Under the pieces are notes generated by a model. The model was not told the origin of the DNA. It searched no databases and saw only the letters and a list, made by a program, of their open reading frames with translations. A program made the translations under genes and the position numbers. This document shows, in pieces, positions 48,690 through 56,943 of a DNA stretch of 56,943 nt (positions within the stretch are counted from its first letter, which is position 1; every line of letters begins with the position of its first letter). The stretch comes from Folioceros fuciformis (Eukaryota), in contig JBNGIO010003332.1 in the NCBI GenBank assembly GCA_049999805.1, positions 1-56,943 on the forward strand, read 5' to 3'.

Positions 48690-50023
48690 AGCTAATCTTA
48701 CTCTACATTCCTTGGCATAATGATTAGGTTTTTTGCAATAGTGGCAAGTACCCCACATCTTTATCTTTGTCCCTTTTTCCTTTTGCTCCTTCTTCGAAAT
48801 TGGCTTGTGAGGACTTCCCTTGTGTTCTTCCCTTCATTAAAAAGAACACCAAGTTGTCATTTTCTTTCATGAATGAATTTTCTACATCCTCTTGCAGAAG
48901 CAACCTAACCACCTCATTCAACTTTGCTGGTTTGTCGCTTTGATGCATTGCTATTGCCGTTCTAAAGGCTAACACAAATTGCTTGTATGTCGATGGTAAG
49001 CTACTCAACAACACCACAATTATCTTTCCTTCGGATGGATTGATATCCATTGCCTTCATTTGATTCACCAAGTTTTTCCGTGTTGTTGAATGGTGTTTCC
49101 TTCAACCATCTTGAAGTTATCAAATTGTTGCCCCAACAACATCTCATTCACCATGCTTCTTTTTTCGTACGTGTTGCGAAGGGTGATCCACGCCTCCTTC
49201 GATGTTGCACACTCACTCAACTGACAGAGTACATCGTCTGACTCGTTGAGAAGGATTGTTGCTAACGCTCGTCCATCCTTATCAAGGTCTCGTTCGGTAG
49301 GTGTGTCTTCAAGACCCTTGTAGACGAATTTCCATACTCCTCTCTAGATGAGGAGCATCTTCATTTTCAATTTCCACACTTTGAAGTTCTTGCTTCCAAG
49401 TTCTTTCTCTACTTGACATGTCTCGAGATGACGTATCCTCATGCTCGTTGATGCCATCTTCTGTGTGCACTTACTTCACACTTAAGCTATAGAAGGATTA
49501 CTATCAAGGCTTTCACAATTGCAACAAGCTCAAGGCTAAGAACTATAATTACACAGAAACTCTCACAAGCATAAGAGTTTTGCTATTACATACAAGTTTT
49601 CACAAACATAAAAGCCCCCAACTATTAAAGACTAGGAAATCTACATGGCACTAGTAAGTGGCTGCAATACCATATTAGAAGTAGAGGATCTAGGCATTTA
49701 AAAAGAACATACAATGTTCCAACAATGTAGGACATACAATTGCGAAGCAAACTTCTAAAAACAAGATAATACACATGTCTACACTACTCATCCTCCGTAG
49801 CTAAGGCCTTTATAAGGCTCTTGGTCTTTCATGCTATTGGTCCTTGACTTGCCCCCTCACCTACTTGGCTTGACCTTGGCTTGCCTCTTCAAAAAGATGC
49901 TCCCTAGTCTTTATCTAGAAGATGCTCTTTTATTCTTATCCAGAAAAATTATTTTAGATCACTTTTTATGTAACTATTTTAAAGCACTCTTTGTTAACTT
50001 ATTTTGATAAATCATTGCTAACA
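48690..50023 (-). mobile_element. Truncated Copia element (probable LTR + leader + gag), same family as 25681-29830
   Basis: Gag MVNQMKAMDINPSEGKIIVVLLSSLPSTYKQFVLAFRT aligns with 26325-26912, and the leaders align. The minus strand starts TGTTAG at 50023 with a TATA-like cttataaagg; the LTR-like segment ends near 49714. Confidence 0.8.
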
Positions 50024-52437
50024 AGTTTCACACTCCTCTAAATGCTGTATCCATGTGGTTGGAGCGTGTGGTCATAACCTGTGGATATCTGAAGACGTTA
50101 ACGTTGACGATGGAGAGTTCGATCTTTTCCGGAGCATGATATCGGAATTGAAACCAGCCTTGCTTGGTTCGAATTCCGAACGTGTTTCAGTACTGTTGCC
50201 GGGGCAAGAGTTGGCTTCTCATATCTGCTTGTGTCCGTGGATCAGGACATTGTCTAGTCATATACGCCGAGCAGATCTCAGCGAGCTGCTCCCTCTTCCT
50301 TCTCACACCTGGGAGGGGGAAGGGCGTGCTCTTGTACGTTTCTGCACCTTACAGGATGGGACGACGTGAAATCGCGCTGCATCGTCATCGTCCCGCGCAC
50401 CGCTCCAAGAAGGAAGGGATGAACGCGTGCGCTTTTCCCTTGCTTGGAGCCCTCCATCCCTGGCGCGACGGATGCCATGCCATCCCCTCGGCAGCAACAA
50501 TTGGCCAGAGAGTCCAGAGTTCAACCACTTCCTCAGTTTCGATTAAGTCATCTTCCCCTTGTCCACGTTTGTCGGGATCCGCGAGAGGGTTAACGGCAGT
50601 AGTGGGAAGGAGGGGACATCGTTTCGCCTTTCGAAGCTGCAATTTGTCTCCGCTGGTGTAAAAGTTTCGCATAACTGTCCAGAAGGCACACGTCAACCTC
50701 CAAGACCTCGTTATCCAGCGCATCCTCTTTCAACAATCGCCAAAACCCTGAAGTGAATGCAGCTGCCAAGCCCTTACCCTTGTGTAAGCTTCACCTCTGG
50801 CCTCCACAACGCAAGCAAAAGTAAAATGGTTACTCAAAATGAGGCCCTCCATCTACAAGAGACGGAGGAAACCTCCTTTTCCCACTAGTGGGATCCATGT
50901 TATTGTCCATCTTCAAAATGTGGACTCCATTTGGACGGAAAGCTGAGAACGGAATTGGACAGTCTAACCTTTCCCTCCCTGCTGGTCGATTCAAGAATTT
51001 TTGAGGTTCAACAGTGTTCAGGTCCTCATCACACAGACAAACCCCTCGGACACCAGCCAATCGGGCAACCTTGGATTCCCTGTGCAGCTTAAGAATGCAA
51101 TCCGACATGGGAACTATGATATCTGCACGTACGCTAATGAATGTTGTTAGCCAGTGAGGCATCGAACATCTTGAATCTCATATCCACCATTTCGCTTCTC
51201 ATATGCAGCCGTCGAAAGTCAATGAAGCCCACATGGTCATCATCCCGCGAATTGTCCCAGGATGGGAAGGAAAGGATTGGGGCTCGGATTCTCCCTAGTG
51301 GGAACCTTCCTCTCCGGCGAGGAGAGACCCCGGCATCTCCTAATGCTCAGTGTTCAATTGGAATCCAGAACTCCCGCCGTCAGTGGCAGGCAGCCCTCCT
51401 TCAACGTCCAGGCTTAAAGGATTGTATCAAGGAGCGACAACGGGAGCACTTTGCCTCCCAAGCTCCAGTCTGTCTTGATAGATTGTAACGGTGAAGAAGC
51501 AATTCAAATAGTCGTAGTATCAGTCCTCCGTCCCTAGAGCCGTTGCGCATGGCCGTAACGTCGAAGAGGAATTCGTATCAAGTAATTCCAAACGCCGCAT
51601 CTGACATTGAATTGTTCTTGCGCTTCCAAGTGGGGTTTCACACCCTCTAGATGCCTTGACAATCTGGCGGAGCGTGAACATGACTGTTGGATATCAAGCG
51701 TAGCAGACGGTGACGATAGAGCTTACATTTACTGTTGTCGGAACATGCGATCGGAATTGAAACTACGGTCGTGTCTTTTTGTAAACTGCTTCACTCGTTT
51801 CGTTTTGGATCAGGATCGTGTCGTGTTGATCGGGGAGCATTGCATTTCGCAAGGCTGCAAGGCTTTTCCATTTGCTGGCCCAGGGATCTGGATTGGGGAT
51901 CGGCTTGGGCATCCCTTGTATTCAAACCCGCGTTTCTATCTCCCTAATGCAGACATAGTGGGCCCGTCGTTACCAAACTAGTGATAACCAAGTAGACGTA
52001 GTGGCATATCCGCAATTTCTGAGAGATCTGTGCAAGCCATCCATCGCCATGTTTTGATTGATTCCGCAACATTCCCACACGATGCGCTCGAGGACTTCAT
52101 CGATTTCCGGGGGGCAGTGCGATTTGGAGTCCCAAAGATTGAAGACCAAGCAGAGAGTCGGGTTTAACAGGCCAAAGTGATCAAGCAAAATTGAAATCTA
52201 TCCACTGATCATATTCCAAACCGTCGGGATGGTCTCGTGCTGAGTTCCTTCTACTCTGTACTAGATGTCAAACGTGAACAAGCTTGAGGCATCCGAGTGA
52301 CGACAGGAATACAGGCACCAAATTAAAGCGCACATAAGTACATAGTCAGATCTGGAGTCGCACATAGGTATCCTCAGATTTGGGAGCTCCGCCATTCACT
52401 CTTTGAGAATGTGCAAAAACGGTATCAATGCCTGGGG

Positions 52438-53268
52438 CTATGGGCGACGGGCGATGGGGATGTTGACATGGACCACTTGGTCCCTTCCGAGGGAGATAGG
52501 ACCGTCAAGACCAAAAGGCCTTCGATTTGTGATACTTCGCAGGTGTATCAGAAACATACGAACGCACTGGATGATATGCCGCCTGCGTCGATGATGAAGC
52601 AGGAGGCCGCCGGTCGTGGCCGTCCTCATCCGAGCTTCTGCTTCCTCAATTACAGACATGTAATCCAGGCAGCGCCAGCAGCCGCAGACGAGCGGATACT
52701 CTCTGTTCAAGTAATTGCTCAAGCGCCTAAAACGTTGATCTCTGGCTACCTCTCCGCCACGCTGTTCCTCTTGAATAACAGTCAAGTACTCCTCCGCCAG
52801 GCGTGTTAGCCCCACGTTCGTCCTCAGTTGGCTACCCCTGATGTATTCGAAAAGGAAGCGGAATGCCTCCAGCTGCAAACAGGAGAGGTGATGGTACCTA
52901 TTAGACTCCATTGTATACCTCCGACATACCTGGACTAAGTCACCTACACCACGTTCTTCAGATGAATCCAAAGATGGCGATCCCACGGGTTTTCTTGCAA
53001 GAAAGCCGGCTGCAGTGGATTCAATGTGGTAGAAATATTAGCATATACATGTACTCACCCACTGCGCGGCCGATACTCTTCGATCTGATGTGATTCTTTG
53101 AAACCACAGGCACAGCCTCTGCAGCTTCCTGAGGAAAACCCATTCACCGTAGACAATCCAGCAAAACATCCGTCGAAATGTTATGACGAATGGATCGTCA
53201 TCGTACCTGCGATCATTTAAGAATCCGAACAATGGATGTGGCCGAGGCCAATACTGAGGTTGCGGCAT
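52438..53268 (-). CDS. Orphan two-exon protein, paralog A (214 aa, CxCxxC motif)
   Basis: Exon 1 53268-53059 (MPQPQYWPRPHPLFGFLND...VSAAQW), phase-0 intron GTGAGT...TTTGCAG (186 nt), exon 2 52872-52438 (LEAFRF...CGCWRCLDY...ARRP*). Same structure is intact in paralog B. Confidence 0.7.
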
Positions 53269-54539
53269 CGATACTCCTTGATCGGCAGCAATTGGAGCGT
53301 AGAGTTCAGCCGATTCTCCTTGTCCAAGACGCTTAATGTGGAGTGGCAAGAAGAAGGGGAAGGGGATCCAATCGCAGAGCGCGGTTCGCTTCCCGAGCTG
53401 CAGCCTGCAATCATGAATCCTTCAACACTGAAGAAACAATCTCAAGCGTCCTACGCGGTTGACTTACACACATTATACAGCATATACTCCGTCCCAAGAG
53501 CCGTTGCACTTGTCCGTTGCAGAGCTGGGGATGAGATTAGATCAATCGCAGCCTGCCCAGTATCAATTTGCAAGCATCGGTCAGCAGTGAGCTACTCTTG
53601 CGCGTTCCATTTCCTTGAACAGGGTTTCACACTTTCCAAGATATCTTGTCCATGTGGCTGGAGCGTGAACATGACCATCTGGATGTCGAACAGACGCTTC
53701 GACTTCCCCAGGCTGTAGCACATACTTGGAGGCAAATCTTACAGTGAGTGCTCGTTCTCTCGGCATTCAGATTCTCCCGGTTAGTTAGTGTTTCAGATTT
53801 TTCTAGATGCCTTGTCCATCTGGCTGGAGCGTGTCACGACTAGTGGATATGTAACACAGGTTAACGTTGACGACAAGCTAGGAGGTGCTGTTGAATCTTT
53901 TGTGGGAGCATGGTATCGGAATAGGGACCACTGGCATTGGTTCCAATTCCGAAGCTGCTTCAGTAGTGCTGCCAAGGCATGGGTTGGCTCATCATATCTG
54001 CTTGTTTCGCTAGAATGATGAGGACCTTGTCGACTATACATACACACTGGTTCCAAGAACAACCAAACAGGTCATGCAGAATAGAATCGACATCCAGAAC
54101 CAAATCTAGGATTACCCAAATTTCTGGTTCATCCTGGTTGATTTATTCCGCAACCTTCCCAGACGATGCGCTCGAGGACTTCATCTATTCCCGAGGGGAA
54201 GAGTCCGATTTGGAGTCCCAAAGAGCGAAATGTCGAAGAGAAAGTAGAAAGGCGGGTTTAACAGGCCAAAATAATCGTAAATATGATCACGAAAATTGAA
54301 ATCTATCCACAGATAGTGTTCCGTATGTCGGGATGGTCTCGTGTTGATTTGATTCTACTCTTCACTTGCTGTCAAGTGTGATTTCGAGTGACGACATGCG
54401 CGTGACGACAGGAACACATGCACCAAATTAAAGCGCACACAGGTACATATTCAGATCGAGTCACACATAGGTATCCAGAGATCTGGGAGTGCCTGCATTC
54501 ATTCTTTGAGAATGCGCACAAACGGTAGCGATCCCTAGC

Positions 54540-55340
54540 CTAATCGGAAAACGAGCTCCGGGCGACCACTAAGTCCCTTCGGCGGCAGGTACGATGGGGA
54601 ACGGAACGTAGCCGTGAGATCATTCGCAGTTCTTCCAGAAAGAAGAAAATGCAGTGGATGATCCACCGCCTTGCTGGATAATCCTGGGCGATGCCGGAGG
54701 TGGCCGTCCTCATGCAAGCTCTGGCTTGCTCAATTTCAGACATGTAATCCAGGCAGCGGATGCAGCTGCAGGTGGTCGAATACTCTCTGTTTACGAAATC
54801 ATACAAGCGCCAAAGAGCTTCATCTCTGGCTACCGCTCCACCACGCTGTTCCTCTTGGATAACAGTCAAGTACTCCCTCTCCAAGAATGCTTTCGCCATT
54901 TGAATCCTCTCTAGGCCATCCCCGGCGAAACCCAAAACGAAGCTGAGTGCTGCGTCCTGCAAACAGGAGAGGTGATAGTACCTGTTAGATTTCGTTGTAC
55001 ACCTACCACAAACCTGGACTAAATCACGTATACCACATTCTTCAGCTGAATCTCAAGATGCCAATCCCACAGGCTTTCTTGCAAGAAAGCCTGCTGCAGC
55101 GGAATCAATGTGGTGGAAATATTAGCATATTCATGTACTCACCCACTGCGCGGTCGATACTCTTCGATCTAATGAAATAAATACAAACCACTTGCACAAT
55201 TTGTCCAGCTTCCTGACGAAACGCCATTGATGCAAGGCTACGACGACCATCATCTGTCGGAATGCTCTGATGACTGGATCGGCATCGTACCTGGGATCAT
55301 TCAAGAAGAAGAACGGGGGATGTGTCCCAGATTCCGCCAT
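54540..55340 (-). CDS. Orphan two-exon protein, paralog B (204 aa, CxCxxC motif)
   Basis: Exon 1 55340-55143 (MAESGTHPPFFFLND...VSTAQW), phase-0 intron GTGAGT...TTTGCAG (186 nt), exon 2 54956-54540 (DAALSF...CSCIRCLDY...SFSD*). Confidence 0.7.
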
Positions 55341-56551
55341 CGATACTCCTCAATCGGTACCAATTGGATTGCAAGCCTTTTATATAGGCCAGGAAGACTC
55401 CACTAATGTAGTACTAGAATGGCCACTCTATAGCTATCGGTGTTACCATGCTAGCATGCTTGGTAACCTTTAACCTTAGAATCTATTATTTCTTAAGAAA
55501 CAACGTCAAGCGTCCTAGTAGGTCAAGGTTCACCCAGGACATTCACTCCGTTCCAGGTGTCGTTGCATCTGTCCGTTGCAGAACAGGGGATGGGATTGGA
55601 TCAATCCTAGCATTGTCCAGTGTCAATTTACAAGCATCGGACAGCAATGAGCTACTCTTGCGCGTTCCATTTCTTTGAAGAGGGTTTCACACTTTCCTAG
55701 ATGGCTTGTCGTCTGGCTGGAGCGTGAACATCACCCGTTGGATATCTTACAGACCCTTCGACTTCTCCATGCTACATACAGTACTTGTACTTGCCTCACG
55801 GTGAGGTGCTCGTGCTCTCGCATCCAGATTCTCCTCGCCAGCTAGGGTTTCAGACTCTTCTAGATGCCTCGTCCATCTGGCTGGAGCGTGACACGACTAG
55901 CTATATCTAACACACGTTAACGTGGAGGACAAGCTGCTTGGTGTGCTGGTGAAATGTTTAGTCGCAGCATGGTATCGGAATTGGGACCAAGCAAGGAACA
56001 AGAGAGCAAGGTTAGGGTATAAGGTAATTCATCGCGCAATAGGGCATAAGGTATTCCATAAGCTGCTTAACAACGAATGCGATGTGCAAGATTCATTCGA
56101 CATGATATGAGGGTGGGAAAATGAAAGATCGATTCAAGAAAGTCTGAGGTTGTAGAGTGTTCTATGCCCTCATTGGACATACAAACCCCTCGCACACCCT
56201 CGTCAATCAGGCAACCTCGGATTCCTTACGCAGCTTAAGACGTGGGAACTAGGATATCACGCGAATCGTCCCATGAAGGGAAGGAAAGGGTGGGGGGCTC
56301 GGATGCTCCTAGTGGGAGCTCTTCTGTGTAGGGGGAGATGTCCCGCGGCTCCTATTCCGGATCCGTCCCGACCTCCTAGTGCGTGGTGTGGATTATGATT
56401 CGATCAAGTTCCACAGAGTTATCTCATGGATATCTACTGTACATGATCAACCAGCAGCGGAACGGTAAGAAGAGCCAAGTCCTGTTCTGTGCATATTGTA
56501 GTACGTCTTGGAGGAATTGAGCGACTGACAGAGGAGCTGTGGTAAGACATA

Positions 56552-56761
56552 CTACAACCAAGAATGCTTCAGCCTAGCCTGCACACTTGTCTGGTTGTCG
56601 GCAAGACGTAAAACTCGTGTATGCGCAGTGTTCCCGAGATTTATTTGAGTGTTCAAGTGAAAGGGATGGATGCTTTGAGTCATGAAATCCATGTCCAGAA
56701 TGAAATTGCGAGCACACACACTGAGACTCATTGGAAGTGTGCAAGGAAGGTTAGGAAGCAA
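56552..56761 (-). mobile_element. Possible decayed Ty3/Gypsy protease fragment
   Basis: SVCARNF...DF...RVLRLADNQ resembles the 'DSGAxxNF...VRLADG' retropepsin pattern; very degenerate. Confidence 0.3.
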
Positions 56762-56943
56762 TGTTCATGAAGTCACTATGCCAGTACTGTTGGTGATGGA
56801 GCACCTTTAAAGAGTAGTCGGTGTTGCCGGCAGACACGCTTGTAAGAATTCGTAACACGACACCTAGGGTTAAAACACCTGTGGTGCTGAAGCTCAATGC
56901 GGAGGTGGTGGAGACGGTGATGACGCTGCACCGGGTGGGCTGA

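Larger units (their letters stand above)
50025..56330. repeat. Diverged tandem segmental duplication, ~1.6-2.1-kb units (four partial or complete units)
   Basis: Homologous blocks start at ~50025, ~51630, ~53790 and ~55845. 52080-53290 aligns with 54165-55360, 53480-53930 with 55540-55990, and 51000-51300 with 56140-56320. Confidence 0.85.

Noticed and set aside
50385-51162. Third copy of the orphan two-exon gene in tandem unit 1
   Set aside because: No convincing protein similarity to paralogs A/B and no intact spliced frame found.

Overview
Eukaryotic nuclear DNA from an early-diverging land plant. A hornwort such as Anthoceros is the most likely source, inferred from short introns, dense gene packing and a PLS-class PPR protein with extended L motifs and a 'WW'-type C-terminus. 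The left part (1-35 kb) is gene-rich: two PLS-class PPR RNA-editing factors, a CCR4 deadenylase, chlorophyll synthase (CHLG), a COA1-domain gene with a decayed local duplicate, tRNA-Trp(CCA), an orphan multi-TM gene and a decayed Copia element. The right part (35-57 kb) is a nest of mobile DNA. An RLE-type non-LTR retrotransposon is split by an 8.6-kb Sola-like DNA transposon (30-bp TIRs, 4-bp TCAT TSD) and by a probable solo LTR. A second Copia copy and a ~2-kb-unit tandem duplication follow. Best candidate for an undescribed system: besides its transposase, the Sola-like element carries a divergently oriented, intron-containing (now decayed) gene with a ParB/Srx-like domain upstream of a prokaryotic-type beta-class N4C/N6A DNA methyltransferase domain, plus ~10 copies of a 22-bp palindrome. 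Second candidate: a pair of intact two-exon orphan paralogs whose intron is better conserved than parts of their exons. All calls were made by eye; no searches were run.
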